Source: an uncultured Akkermansia sp. (GTDB lineage Bacteria > Verrucomicrobiota > Kiritimatiellia > RFP12 > UBA1067). From it: a stretch of DNA of 44,302 bases. The translations under genes were made by a program, and so were the position numbers. The notes under the pieces are model-generated. The model saw only the letters and a program-made list of their open reading frames with translations. It ran no database searches and was not told the DNA's origin. The DNA lies in assembly GCA_964459675.1 (NCBI GenBank), contig CAYWNP010000002.1:4665-48966 (forward strand). Direction: 5' to 3'. Positions within the stretch are counted from its first letter, which is position 1, and every line of letters starts with the position of its first letter. Of this stretch, positions 8,611-19,710 are shown piece by piece.

Positions 8611-8687
8611 GGGCGCTTAACTCAGTTGGTTAGAGTGACAGATTTACATTCTGTATGTCGGGGGTTCGAGTCCCTCAGCGCCTACCA
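8611..8687 (+). tRNA. tRNA-Val (anticodon TAC), CCA encoded
   Basis: The cloverleaf was folded by hand. Acceptor GGGCGCT/AGCGCCT; D-arm ACTC-AGTTGGTTA-GAGT; anticodon stem ACAGA/TCTGT with loop TT-TAC-AT; T-arm GGGGG-TTCGAGT-CCCTC; discriminator A followed by CCA. Confidence 0.9.
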
Positions 8688-8754
8688 TCCTTCGCCTAGT
8701 GGCGAAGGATGCCCGCCGTAGCCAAATTGAGGCAACGCCACAATTTGCGTAGGA

Positions 8755-8788
8755 GGGCTAAAGGACAGCCCTTTTTCGCAGGGCTTTT
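8755..8788 (+). terminator. Possible terminator downstream of tRNA-Val
   Basis: There are two alternative 5-bp GC stems (GGGCT/AGCCC and AGCCC/GGGCT), each followed by a T-run. The stems are short. Confidence 0.35.
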
Positions 8789-8955
8789 ATACCGCCATCC
8801 GTGTTGCGCGCTACTATATTTTGCTGTTGCGTCACGGATGAATATTAGATATCATTTAACAGATTAAAGTAAAAGACGCGTGTCGTGTGTCATTCTCCTC
8901 TGTTGTCATAAGACCGCATACGATCGATTTTTTTATCAGGAGTATAAGGACGATC

Positions 8956-10044
8956 ATGAATAAAATTGTTACCATGGTTCTGGTCTCGCTTGTCTCGACC
9001 TGTTTGTTTGCCCAGCAGACGATCACCGATGCGGAGGTGATCAGTGCATCGGACACGCTGCTGAATACGCAGAATGATCCAAAGTCCTGGCAGACGCTCC
9101 AAAAGATCACCCGCGCCGATAGCTACGATCCCGATGTCCGCAGCCGCGTGATGTACTTGTTCGCGGTTAAAAACCTTCAGCAATTGAACACCAATCTATT
9201 TGTGTTAGCCGTGCAAAAGCTGCAGACGCGTTATCCGGAAGAGGGCGCGGAATTAGCGGGACGTCTGACGACAGCGGATTGGTATGTCCCGTGCCCGGCC
9301 TGCGGGGGCTCGGGATTGAAAAAAATCGTTGTTCCGACTGCAGCGGGCGCCCCCGCCCCGCGCTGCTTAAATTGCGTCGGGTCCGGAAAGATTCTCAAGG
9401 TAAGTACGCGTGTCAACGAGCAGGTCGATATCTTGCTGAACGAGATCAAAGAGCGCTCAAACCAAAATATCCAGTTCGCGGCAGCATCTAAAAAGGCCTT
9501 GGCGGAGAACCATCCGCCGCGCCGCGCTGCGGCGCTAAAGGATGTGGTGAATAAATATGGTCATCGGAAAGACTTGGAAGAGGTGAAGAGTGCGTTGACA
9601 ACCATAGAGGCAGAGATTGTGAAGACAGAGGCAGCCACCCGGAAGAGAGAAGCGGAAATGGCGCTACGCGCGCAGGAAGATAAGGACTATCAGACGATCT
9701 GCTCGAGCCTGGAAAACCTTCCCTTCGCCGGAATCCCCGTGATGACACGGGAGATCGACCGCTTCATTCAAAAGTATCCGGCGTCTGACGAACGTATCGA
9801 GCTGGAAATAATCAAGTCCAAGCTGGAGGCGCGGCGTAAAATGACCGGCTACATGTGGACGGGGTGTTACGTTCTTGCGGGGCTGGCCCTTGTTTCTTTC
9901 TGCTTCGTGTTTATCAAAGAGCAGTTGACGAGAAAAAAGAAAGAGATCGGCCCCCTTACGATTCCTGGCTTGGACCAGATGAACGAGGTCTCCGACCCGT
10001 TGGCTGGCTCCTTTACCGACAGCGATGAGCCCTTAAACAAATGA
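8956..10044 (+). CDS. Hypothetical membrane-anchored coiled-coil protein with DnaJ-type (CxxCxGxG)x2 zinc finger
   Basis: ORF 8887-10044 trimmed to ATG 8956, which gives the signal/anchor MNKIVTMVLVSLVSTCLFAQQ. The zinc-finger string is CPACGGSG-x15-CLNCVGSG. It is followed by a charged helical region and a C-terminal TM helix (WTGCYVLAGLALVSFCFVFI). Confidence 0.6.
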   Translation: MNKIVTMVLVSLVSTCLFAQQTITDAEVISASDTLLNTQNDPKSWQTLQKITRADSYDPDVRSRVMYLFAVKNLQQLNTNLFVLAVQKLQTRYPEEGAELAGRLTTADWYVPCPACGGSGLKKIVVPTAAGAPAPRCLNCVGSGKILKVSTRVNEQVDILLNEIKERSNQNIQFAAASKKALAENHPPRRAAALKDVVNKYGHRKDLEEVKSALTTIEAEIVKTEAATRKREAEMALRAQEDKDYQTICSSLENLPFAGIPVMTREIDRFIQKYPASDERIELEIIKSKLEARRKMTGYMWTGCYVLAGLALVSFCFVFIKEQLTRKKKEIGPLTIPGLDQMNEVSDPLAGSFTDSDEPLNK

Positions 10045-10069
10045 TACCCCATCCGGAAGTGAATGCCCT

Positions 10070-12265
10070 ATGACAACCTTTCACATGCTCCTGCAACAGG
10101 CCTTGGCGCTGAACGCCTCCGACCTCTTCGTCACCGCCACGAAGCCACCCTATTATCGCGTCAAGGGACAGGTCACGCCTGTTGAGGACCCGACCCCCAT
10201 CACGGAAGAGGATCTCTGCGCCTTCCGCCTCTCCGTTCTGGGCGAGGAAAACGAGGCCCTCTATCAACGCAAAGGCACGTATGACACCTCGTTGATGCTG
10301 TCGAAAACGGAGCGCTTCCGTCTGAATTTTTATGCCACGTTGCAGGGCTCTGCTTTTGTCGCGCGTCCGCTGCGTATGGGAGGCGACCTTAATGCGGCTG
10401 CGCTGAACCTGCCGCCCGTCCTGATGGATCTCTGTAATCACGGGCGGGGCCTGATTTTGGTTGTCGGCTCAACGGGTAGCGGAAAGTCCACCACGCTGGC
10501 GGCCATGGTCAATCACATTAACCGGACGGCGAGCAAACACATCCTGACGCTGGAAGACCCCGTCGAGTTTGTTCACGCCGATATTCAATCGTTGATTTCC
10601 CAGCGCGAGATCAATGTGCATGCGGAGAACTTTGTCGAGGCGCTGCGAAGCGGGCTGCGTGAAAATCCGGATGTCATTGTCGTCGGGGAAATGCGCGATA
10701 CGGAGACCATGCAAGTCGCCCTCAACGCCGCGCTCACAGGCCATCTGGTGATTGCGACCGCCCATACCTCGACCGCGATCCAGACGATCGAGCGCATTAT
10801 TACCATGTTCCCTGCGGACGTGCGCAGCCAGATCTCAACGGACCTAGCTCAGGCGTTGGTGGGTGTCGTGGCGCAACGCCTGTTGCCGTCGGCGAAAACA
10901 GCAGGCATGGTTCCGGCCATTGAGGTTCTGTTGACCTCCTCGACCGTCCGCAAGCACATTGAGGACCGCAACTACCTGATGCTGGACGACCTGCTCAGGC
11001 AGACCAGCGTGCCCGGCATGCAAACGTTCTGCCGGGAGCTTTTCCGCCTCTACCAGGCGGGCGAAATCACGCTGGCCGATGCACGGCGCGCGGCCGACAA
11101 CGTCGATGAGTTCGACTTGTTGGTGCGTGGCATGGAGGCCGGCGCGGACACGTTCCGTCAGCACTACGGCGACAAGACCAGCCAAGATGACACGGACACG
11201 CTGGACATGATCGACCTGCTCTCCCTGGCCGCCCACCAACGGGCCAGCGACCTCTTGCTGACGGTCGGCAAACCGCCCACCGTCCGAATCAACGGGGAGT
11301 GGTGCGCCGTCGATTTGCCGCCCTTGTGCGACAGTGACGTGCGCCGTCTCGTCTTGAGCATCATCAACCAGCGCCAGCGTACCGCGCTGGAAGAGAACCG
11401 CGAGCTCGACTTTTCGCTCTCCTTTCTCTTGCCGGGGGAACGCGGAGAAAAAAAGAACAGCCGCTTCCGCGTCAACGTCTTCTATCAGCGGGGCTCCTTG
11501 GGCACTGTTCTGCGCATCGTGAACACGGATATCCCCAAGCCCGAACGCCTCGGAATCCCTCCCCGCGTCATCGAGCTGACGCAGAAGAAACAGGGGCTTG
11601 TCATTATCGTCGGGCCGACTGGCAGCGGAAAGTCCACCACACTGGCCAGCCTGATTGACGCCATCAATCATACGCGCCCCGCGCACATCATCACCATCGA
11701 AGACCCGGTCGAGTTCACCTACACCAATGACCAGTCGATTATCGAGCAGCGGGAGGTTCACTCCGACACCCTTTCTTTTGCGACCGCCTTGAAACACGCC
11801 ATGCGTCAAGCGCCCGATATCATCATGGTCGGCGAAATGCGCGATACGGCGACCATGGCGGCCGCGCTGACCGCTTCAGAAACCGGGCATTTGGTCTTTG
11901 CGACCCTTCACACAAACACGGCACCGCAAACCATCGACCGCATCATCGACTCGTTTTCGGCGGAGCATCAGAACCAGATCCGCCAACAACTGGCGTCCGC
12001 GTTGATCGGAATCGTCTCGCAGCGCCTCATACCCCGCCAGGACGGAAAAGGGCGCATTGCGGCGTTTGAGGTGATGATCGCCACGCCGCCGGTCTGTGCG
12101 CTGATCCGCGACAACAAAACGTTCCAGCTGCAATCCATTATGGAGACCAGCCAGAAGGACGGCATGTTGACGCTCGAATACTACATGAACGCCTTGGCTC
12201 AACGCGGGCTGATCGCCCAGGAAGAGATGGCAAAATATCTGACTGAGGCTAAGAAATTTGGCTAG
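10070..12265 (+). CDS. Tandem-duplicated PilT-family (type IV pilus retraction-type) ATPase, two complete modules in one polypeptide
   Basis: Both halves carry Walker A (GSTGSGKST / GPTGSGKST), Asp box (LEDPVEF / IEDPVEF), Walker B (VVGEMRD / MVGEMRD) and His box (TGHLVIATAHT / TGHLVFATLHT). Only the second half keeps a canonical ALIRDNK motif. 731 aa is about twice a normal PilT. Confidence 0.85.
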   Translation: MTTFHMLLQQALALNASDLFVTATKPPYYRVKGQVTPVEDPTPITEEDLCAFRLSVLGEENEALYQRKGTYDTSLMLSKTERFRLNFYATLQGSAFVARPLRMGGDLNAAALNLPPVLMDLCNHGRGLILVVGSTGSGKSTTLAAMVNHINRTASKHILTLEDPVEFVHADIQSLISQREINVHAENFVEALRSGLRENPDVIVVGEMRDTETMQVALNAALTGHLVIATAHTSTAIQTIERIITMFPADVRSQISTDLAQALVGVVAQRLLPSAKTAGMVPAIEVLLTSSTVRKHIEDRNYLMLDDLLRQTSVPGMQTFCRELFRLYQAGEITLADARRAADNVDEFDLLVRGMEAGADTFRQHYGDKTSQDDTDTLDMIDLLSLAAHQRASDLLLTVGKPPTVRINGEWCAVDLPPLCDSDVRRLVLSIINQRQRTALEENRELDFSLSFLLPGERGEKKNSRFRVNVFYQRGSLGTVLRIVNTDIPKPERLGIPPRVIELTQKKQGLVIIVGPTGSGKSTTLASLIDAINHTRPAHIITIEDPVEFTYTNDQSIIEQREVHSDTLSFATALKHAMRQAPDIIMVGEMRDTATMAAALTASETGHLVFATLHTNTAPQTIDRIIDSFSAEHQNQIRQQLASALIGIVSQRLIPRQDGKGRIAAFEVMIATPPVCALIRDNKTFQLQSIMETSQKDGMLTLEYYMNALAQRGLIAQEEMAKYLTEAKKFG

Positions 12266-15222
12266 GGAAGGACTTCGGCAATGCGCGCCTTTGCTTGATG
12301 CGAGACCCAGATCGGTTCAGAGCGCAACGGTTTGAAGGAGGTCAGCGGGCAGCGCTCTCCAGCGGGCATGGCTGCGGCTTCGGGCGTATGTTGATAGTCG
12401 TAGACCGCGCCGCTCTTCATCGTGCCGCAGGTCTCGGCAGGATCGGACACGAAGACGAACGCGTAGTGCGCCGTGCCGTTCGGCGGATTGGTGTCGCAGA
12501 GGGTTGAACGCTCGGTGCGTCCAATAAGCGTGGTCTCATCGGGTTTAAAATTCGCTGGGGTGCCACGGTGGACTTCTGTGATCAATCCGATCATGCGGGC
12601 GGAAGACTCCCAGTTCAGACGGACAAAGCCATTGACGTCATCGGCTGTCTTAACTTCGGGTAACGGAACAGGCAAGGCCTGCGGCAGGATCTGGCGCGCA
12701 CGTCCAGCCATGATGCCGCCGCCAATGAGGTCAGCATGAGGCATGTCAATGCGCGGCTGGGCAAGGAGCTCTGTCCGTCCGGCGCGAATTATTGCGAGCA
12801 TCTTCTGATAGTGCACATCGTTTGTCGACGTCATCGAGGCAACGGGCTTGCCCTCTGCGGGCCAGCGTGTCGGCCAGACTTGCGTCGGGAACTTATCGAG
12901 ATCCAGAACACTGTGCGCATAACCAAAGCCATAAAAGACGCCACGCCGCGAGAAGGTGGAGTCCACCTTGCGCTCCCGACAGAGGGCTAAACCAAAGCCC
13001 CCTTTCGCCGCAAAGGATTGCGGCAACGACGCGCGCAGAATAATGCTCATCTCAGGCTTATCAAAGTTGATCCAGTTATCAAAACGCTTGATCGCGCCAC
13101 TCTTGTCCGCATGACAGGAGACGCAGCCAGCCTCTTTCATGACCCCCATCAACGCTTGGGCGGTCTTAGGATAGGCAGGCATGCGTGGCGGCGCCCGCGT
13201 GTAATCCCACGTGCCGGCATACATCGCATTGGAATCCATCCAGGCGAAGACCAGCTCCTTTTCGGTTGGGGTGAGGAGATCGGAATGGTTTGGTTTGAGC
13301 AGGGTCTCTGCAAGAATCGCCTTTCCGCTGCCGTGCTCATAAGGTCCGAAAACCTTGCAGGACCAGTAGGCTGTACCGTTCATACCGCAGATGCCACCCA
13401 CCAGGTCTGCCGTATACATCTTCTCCCGGCGCGCCGTCAGGTTTTCGTAGGAAATGTTGAAGACTTCTGTCCAGCCTGCTGAAAGATCAAGTCCCTTGGC
13501 CAAGCCTTTCTCGCCACCATGACAACTCACGCACTTCGTGTTCCAGATGGGCTGGATGCGCGTCGTATAGTCCAGCCAGCCCGAGCCCCAGGATTCGGGT
13601 TTCAGCGGCTTCAGTTTGCGATCAGCCAAACGTGGCATGCCCATCGCTTTGGGAGCATACTCATGGCATCCTGAGCAACTGCGTGTCGTGCCAGGGGCGG
13701 CCTGGATGAAGGATCGCATGCTGCGGACCATCTTGTAATCCTTGTCCAGCAACTGAAAGTAGAGCGCACGTCCAGAGGGCGCTTCAAAATAGACTGAGCC
13801 ATCTTCCTCGACAGGGACGATTCCGTGGAAGATCTTAGCACTCCAGGCAAGTGCCGCTGAAATGGAGAAGGTCTGGTTGAATCCATTACCCCCCGCCGTG
13901 CCACTCACACGCGACGTTTCTTCGAGGACGCGCAGCCACTTGATGGTTCCGCGTTTGACGGTCGGCATCGAGATATAAACATCATTGACAAAAAAGGCAC
14001 CCGTGGTCTTCGTGCGATCCGTCATATCGAGCGTTGTGCGTGGCACGGGACGCGGGACCAGCGGAATCGGATTGTGCAGGTCGATCGTCGGATCACTGTG
14101 AACCACAATCTTCTTGCCCGAGCGGTCAATAAGCATCAGAGCGTTTAGCTTGCTCACCCGTGCACCTTTTTTCATCGAAAGAATAAGCGCAGGGGCATTC
14201 GTTTCTTCCGGAGTGCCGCTGTAGAGAACAACATGGGTGTTGAGGGGCCAGGGATCGCAGGAGTTACCACGGTCAAACGTGGGATTGAGCGGATACTCGA
14301 AATTGGTGATCGCCGTCGGGGTATTCTTGCCGACGCGCGTGTCAATCATGGCGATGGTTCCGCGTGGTGGCGCATTGTGCGGCGCGAAGGTCGCGACCAC
14401 GAGTGCATCGTCGCCCGGCACAGGCTTAGCTTGAAGCACAGCTTCCGGGAAGACCATGTTATTAGCAAAGAGCGCGGTCTCATTGCGCCCGTCTGGTAAT
14501 ACGGTCCAAAGGCTTTGAATCACCAGTGCGTTGCGATCCACATATTCCCAGCGGCCAAAGAGAATGCGCCCGTCTGGCAATACGCACGGGTCGAACTCCG
14601 TGACATTGTTCACCGAGATGGTGTGAATATCACTGCCGTCCGTATGCATCACATGCAGGATAGCCACGCCATTGTTCGCGCACGGGACGAGTCCACTGTA
14701 GCGCGTGGAGGTAAAGAGGATGCGTCCATCTGGCAGGTAACACGGCTTCACATCGTGATGACCGCCGCCACTGCCCTTGTACGGATTACCGTTAGCGTCT
14801 AAGTGAGTGACCTGACGCAGGCCGGTACCATCCACATTGATTTCATAGATGATCGAGTTCCCCTTCGGCTGACCCTTGAAGCAGAAGAGGAGTTTCTTTG
14901 CATCATATGAAAGCGACGGATCAAAATAGATGCCCTCGCCCAGCGTGTTCGTGGTGGTGGCGTCAATGATGGTGCGGATACGCTGCTTCTCCTGCGACTC
15001 GGCAGGATTCTCCAAGACATAGATGCCCCCGCCTGGATGCCACTGATAAAAGGTGTCGTAAATATGCAGCCCTTGGTAATTAAAACGCTTTGTAAAGAGA
15101 ATGGGCGCATTCAGCAAGGCAGGGTCAGCGATCAGCCCGCCAGAAGTTTCCCCTTCTCCCCGGCAGAGTGTGGCTGTTCCTAAAAATAGAATCATCCAGC
15201 GTACAAAACATTTCCCCTGCAT
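12262..15222 (-). CDS. Secreted PD40/TolB-like beta-propeller protein fused to a tri-haem cytochrome c region (HzsA-middle-domain-like architecture)
   Basis: Signal peptide MQGKCFVRWMILFLGTATLC. PD40-like strings are YLPDGRILFTSTR, VLPDGRILFGRWE and TVLPDGRNE. There are three CxxCH motifs (CSGCH, CVSCH, CVSCH). 986 aa. Confidence 0.75.
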   Translation of the reverse strand: MQGKCFVRWMILFLGTATLCRGEGETSGGLIADPALLNAPILFTKRFNYQGLHIYDTFYQWHPGGGIYVLENPAESQEKQRIRTIIDATTTNTLGEGIYFDPSLSYDAKKLLFCFKGQPKGNSIIYEINVDGTGLRQVTHLDANGNPYKGSGGGHHDVKPCYLPDGRILFTSTRYSGLVPCANNGVAILHVMHTDGSDIHTISVNNVTEFDPCVLPDGRILFGRWEYVDRNALVIQSLWTVLPDGRNETALFANNMVFPEAVLQAKPVPGDDALVVATFAPHNAPPRGTIAMIDTRVGKNTPTAITNFEYPLNPTFDRGNSCDPWPLNTHVVLYSGTPEETNAPALILSMKKGARVSKLNALMLIDRSGKKIVVHSDPTIDLHNPIPLVPRPVPRTTLDMTDRTKTTGAFFVNDVYISMPTVKRGTIKWLRVLEETSRVSGTAGGNGFNQTFSISAALAWSAKIFHGIVPVEEDGSVYFEAPSGRALYFQLLDKDYKMVRSMRSFIQAAPGTTRSCSGCHEYAPKAMGMPRLADRKLKPLKPESWGSGWLDYTTRIQPIWNTKCVSCHGGEKGLAKGLDLSAGWTEVFNISYENLTARREKMYTADLVGGICGMNGTAYWSCKVFGPYEHGSGKAILAETLLKPNHSDLLTPTEKELVFAWMDSNAMYAGTWDYTRAPPRMPAYPKTAQALMGVMKEAGCVSCHADKSGAIKRFDNWINFDKPEMSIILRASLPQSFAAKGGFGLALCRERKVDSTFSRRGVFYGFGYAHSVLDLDKFPTQVWPTRWPAEGKPVASMTSTNDVHYQKMLAIIRAGRTELLAQPRIDMPHADLIGGGIMAGRARQILPQALPVPLPEVKTADDVNGFVRLNWESSARMIGLITEVHRGTPANFKPDETTLIGRTERSTLCDTNPPNGTAHYAFVFVSDPAETCGTMKSGAVYDYQHTPEAAAMPAGERCPLTSFKPLRSEPIWVSHQAKARIAEVLP

Positions 15223-15310
15223 ATTTTATCCTCTATTTTTCCCCGTCGCGATAACAAGTAAAGAATACCATATTTTTGTCATCCGTCCAGCCTCATACTC
15301 GCGCATTTCT

Positions 15311-17095
<1,785 letters not shown>

Positions 17096-17096
17096 A

Positions 17097-17133
17097 TAAA
17101 AAAACCGCAGGAAATAAATCCTGCGGTTTTTTT
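17097..17133 (-). terminator. Rho-independent terminator downstream of ilvC (symmetrical, potentially bidirectional)
   Basis: AAAAAAA-CCGCAGG-AAATAAAT-CCTGCGG-TTTTTTT. The 7-bp GC-rich stem is flanked by an A-run and a T-run. It lies about 20 nt after the ilvC stop. Confidence 0.8.
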
Positions 17134-17153
17134 GATCTAGGAATTAACGTTCC

Positions 17154-18254
17154 TTAGTTTGAGCCACGGCCCGAAACGCCCTTAGCCTTAGCAGCATTTG
17201 CTTTGGCCTTCTCGTTCGGACGGAGGCTGCGGCAGGCTGCGCCAGCTTGCCACATTTCGGAATCGCGGATCACCTTGAGTTCCTTCTCGAGCTTCGCCTT
17301 GTAGTCCGGCGTGCCGCAGGTCTTGATGACGTGCTTGGCTTCGCGCTGGCTCTTGACTTCCTCATAGAGCTTTGCAAAGACAGGGAGCGTCGCCTTCTTG
17401 AAGCGGGGCTTCCAGTCGAGTGCGCCGCGCTGAGCCGTAGCCGAGCAGTTGGCGTACATCCAATCCATGCCGTTTTCGTCCACGAGGCGGATCAAGCTCT
17501 GGGTCAGCTCTTCAACGGTCTCGTTGAAAGCTTCCGAAGGGCTGTGACCATTCTTGCGGAGCACATCGTACTGAGCTTCCATGACACCCGCGAGGCAGCC
17601 CATCAGGACGCCGCGTTCGCCGACGAGGTCGGAGGTCACTTCGTGTTCGAAGCAGGTTGGGAAGAGGTAGCCCGAGCCGACGCCAATGCCGATCGAGAGG
17701 GTACGATCCAATGCCTTGCCTGTCGCGTCTTGTGCGATGGCGAAGCTGGAGTTGATGCCCACGCCCGCGAGGAAGTTACGGCGCACCGAGGTGCCTGAAC
17801 CCTTGGGTGCGACCATGATGACATCGACATCCGCGCTCACCTTCACACCCGTCAGCTTGCGATACACCCAGCCGAAGCCGTGCGAGAAATAGAGTGCCTT
17901 GCCTTCGGTCATGAAAGGCTGAATGCGAGCCCACACATGCTTGATGGCAGCGTCGTTCAACAGAATCATGACAATCGAGGCCTTTTCGCAGGCTTCTTCA
18001 ATGTCAAAAAGCGTCTTGCCAGCCTTGAAGCCATCCTTCTCCGCGCGCTTCCAGTCGTTGGCGAACTTCTTGTCCTGTCCGATGATGACGTTGATACCAT
18101 TGTCACGCATATTCAATGCCTGTGCCGGACCCTGAACCCCGTAACCGATAATCGCGATGGTTTCCTTCTTCAGGAACGCTTGCGCCCGCTTCAGGGGATA
18201 CTCTTTACGTGTGACGACGGTCTCGACAACACCGCCGAAATTAATCTTAGCCAT
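17154..18254 (-). CDS. ilvC: Ketol-acid reductoisomerase
   Basis: ORF trimmed to ATG 18254 (MAKINFGG...), with AAGGAG upstream. The NADP-binding block is IAIIGYGVQGPAQALNMRDNG. There is a Lys/Ala-rich C-terminal tail. Confidence 0.93.
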   Translation of the reverse strand: MAKINFGGVVETVVTRKEYPLKRAQAFLKKETIAIIGYGVQGPAQALNMRDNGINVIIGQDKKFANDWKRAEKDGFKAGKTLFDIEEACEKASIVMILLNDAAIKHVWARIQPFMTEGKALYFSHGFGWVYRKLTGVKVSADVDVIMVAPKGSGTSVRRNFLAGVGINSSFAIAQDATGKALDRTLSIGIGVGSGYLFPTCFEHEVTSDLVGERGVLMGCLAGVMEAQYDVLRKNGHSPSEAFNETVEELTQSLIRLVDENGMDWMYANCSATAQRGALDWKPRFKKATLPVFAKLYEEVKSQREAKHVIKTCGTPDYKAKLEKELKVIRDSEMWQAGAACRSLRPNEKAKANAAKAKGVSGRGSN

Positions 18255-18457
18255 AGTTTCGTTACTCCTTTTAGTCCTTTTCAACCTTAGTAAGGGTTAA
18301 AAAAGGAAGCATATATCTTACGACCCTTGTGCCTTTAAAGCAAGCGTGAAAACGTAATAATGAGGTTTTTGCTGGTTTTTGGAGGAAAAAGAGACCCGCA
18401 AAAGGATGAAAATAGGGCTTGCGGGCAGAGGGCTCAAGTCGGTATACTTCCCGCACT

Positions 18458-19672
18458 ATGTTTATTCAAAGAAAGACGTTGATTTTCGTGTCCGTGTTGA
18501 TGTTCCTCCTCTCTGCAGGCGAGAGTAGCCAGGCGCAAGGCGGGCCTTTACAAATTTCCGTTGTCAAAGAGGGTGCGAAGAAGGATTCGGTCTCGCTGGC
18601 TGGCCTGCGTGCTTCGGGTCCGAACGGGCAGCTCTTTGCGCAGACCCTTACGCGCGATTTAGAGCTTTCAGGCTGGTTTAAGGTGTCAACAGGCCGCGAG
18701 GGCACCATTAATGTGGTCGGCGGGTTGCTGGAGACAGGAAGTGGACTGCAAACCAGTGCCAAGGTGACGTGGCCGGGAAAGAATTTCAATTGGGGCCGCA
18801 ACGCCGCAACCAAGGCAGAGGTGCGTCAGGCCGCGCATGCGCTGGCGGACGAGATGGTCAAGCAGATCAAGAATGAAACGGGCATGGCGTCCTCCCGTAT
18901 TGTTTTTATCAATCGTCGGGGCAGTAACAATGGCGATGTCTATGTCTGCGACGCAGATGGCGGCAGTATATTTCAGGTCACGCATGATAGCGCGGGCGTG
19001 ATTGGGCCCCTGTGGGGCATCAACCGGAATGATATTCTCTACACCAGCCTCAAGCCTGGCTATCCCACGCTGCTGCGCCAGACGATCGGTGGCTCCCGCC
19101 GGCCATTGGCAAGTTTTAAGGGCCTTAACACAGGCGGGGCCTTCTCGCCGGATCAGCGGCGTATTGCGCTGATCCTTTCGTACCAAGGCAATGCGGAGCT
19201 CTATGTCCTTGATCTGGGCACGGCCAAGGTCACTCGCATGACCACCACCCCGAGCGGTGCGGAATCCAGCCCCTGCTGGTCGCCGGACGGTAAGAGCATT
19301 GCCTATGTCAGTGATCGTGACAAGTCTCCGCAGGTTTTTGTTGTGGATGTGGCGACGCGTGTCTCGAAGCGCCTGACGGTTAAAGGTTCACAAAATGTAA
19401 ATCCGAGCTGGAGTTGCAAGGATAAAATTTGCTATGCTACTCTGCGAAATGGGATATTTCAGATCGCGATGATGAGTCCATCGGGAGATGGTTCTTCGGA
19501 ACTCATCCCTAATCAGCCCGAGGGGAGTGAAGATCCCTCGTGGGCGCCGAATGGACGGCATATTATTTGTTCGGCGAGGAATACGCTTTACATTCTGGAT
19601 TCACTCGGCGATCCAGCAGTACGGTTGATTCAAGCGTCAGGCAACTGGCGATCACCGGACTGGAGCAAATAA
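18458..19672 (+). CDS. tolB: Tol-Pal system beta-propeller protein TolB
   Basis: ATG 18458 gives the signal peptide MFIQRKTLIFVSVLMFLLSAGESSQA. The protein has an N-terminal TolB domain and PD40 repeats (FSPDQRRIALI, WSPDGKSIAYVSDR, WAPNGRHI). It lies directly upstream of pal. Confidence 0.85.
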   Translation: MFIQRKTLIFVSVLMFLLSAGESSQAQGGPLQISVVKEGAKKDSVSLAGLRASGPNGQLFAQTLTRDLELSGWFKVSTGREGTINVVGGLLETGSGLQTSAKVTWPGKNFNWGRNAATKAEVRQAAHALADEMVKQIKNETGMASSRIVFINRRGSNNGDVYVCDADGGSIFQVTHDSAGVIGPLWGINRNDILYTSLKPGYPTLLRQTIGGSRRPLASFKGLNTGGAFSPDQRRIALILSYQGNAELYVLDLGTAKVTRMTTTPSGAESSPCWSPDGKSIAYVSDRDKSPQVFVVDVATRVSKRLTVKGSQNVNPSWSCKDKICYATLRNGIFQIAMMSPSGDGSSELIPNQPEGSEDPSWAPNGRHIICSARNTLYILDSLGDPAVRLIQASGNWRSPDWSK

Positions 19673-19710
19673 GCCGAAAACGGTTTATCAAAAAAAAGGA
19701 GAGAGGTACA

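Noticed and set aside
10844-11809. Long antisense or alternative-frame ORFs inside confident genes. These are 321 aa inside the PilT fusion, 336 aa at 26984-27994 inside the ADH, 248 aa at 30941-31687, 249 aa at 16201-16950 in glpK, and 183-185 aa at 389-940 and 3617-4174.
   Set aside because: These are typical GC-rich shadow ORFs. Their compositions are Arg/Gly/Ala-rich with no recognisable motifs, and they are fully nested in genes with strong homology signatures.
8611-12265. A genomic island integrated at tRNA-Val.
   Set aside because: There is no integrase or recombinase gene, and I could not find a direct repeat of the tRNA 3' end downstream. The downstream genes have composition similar to the core genes.
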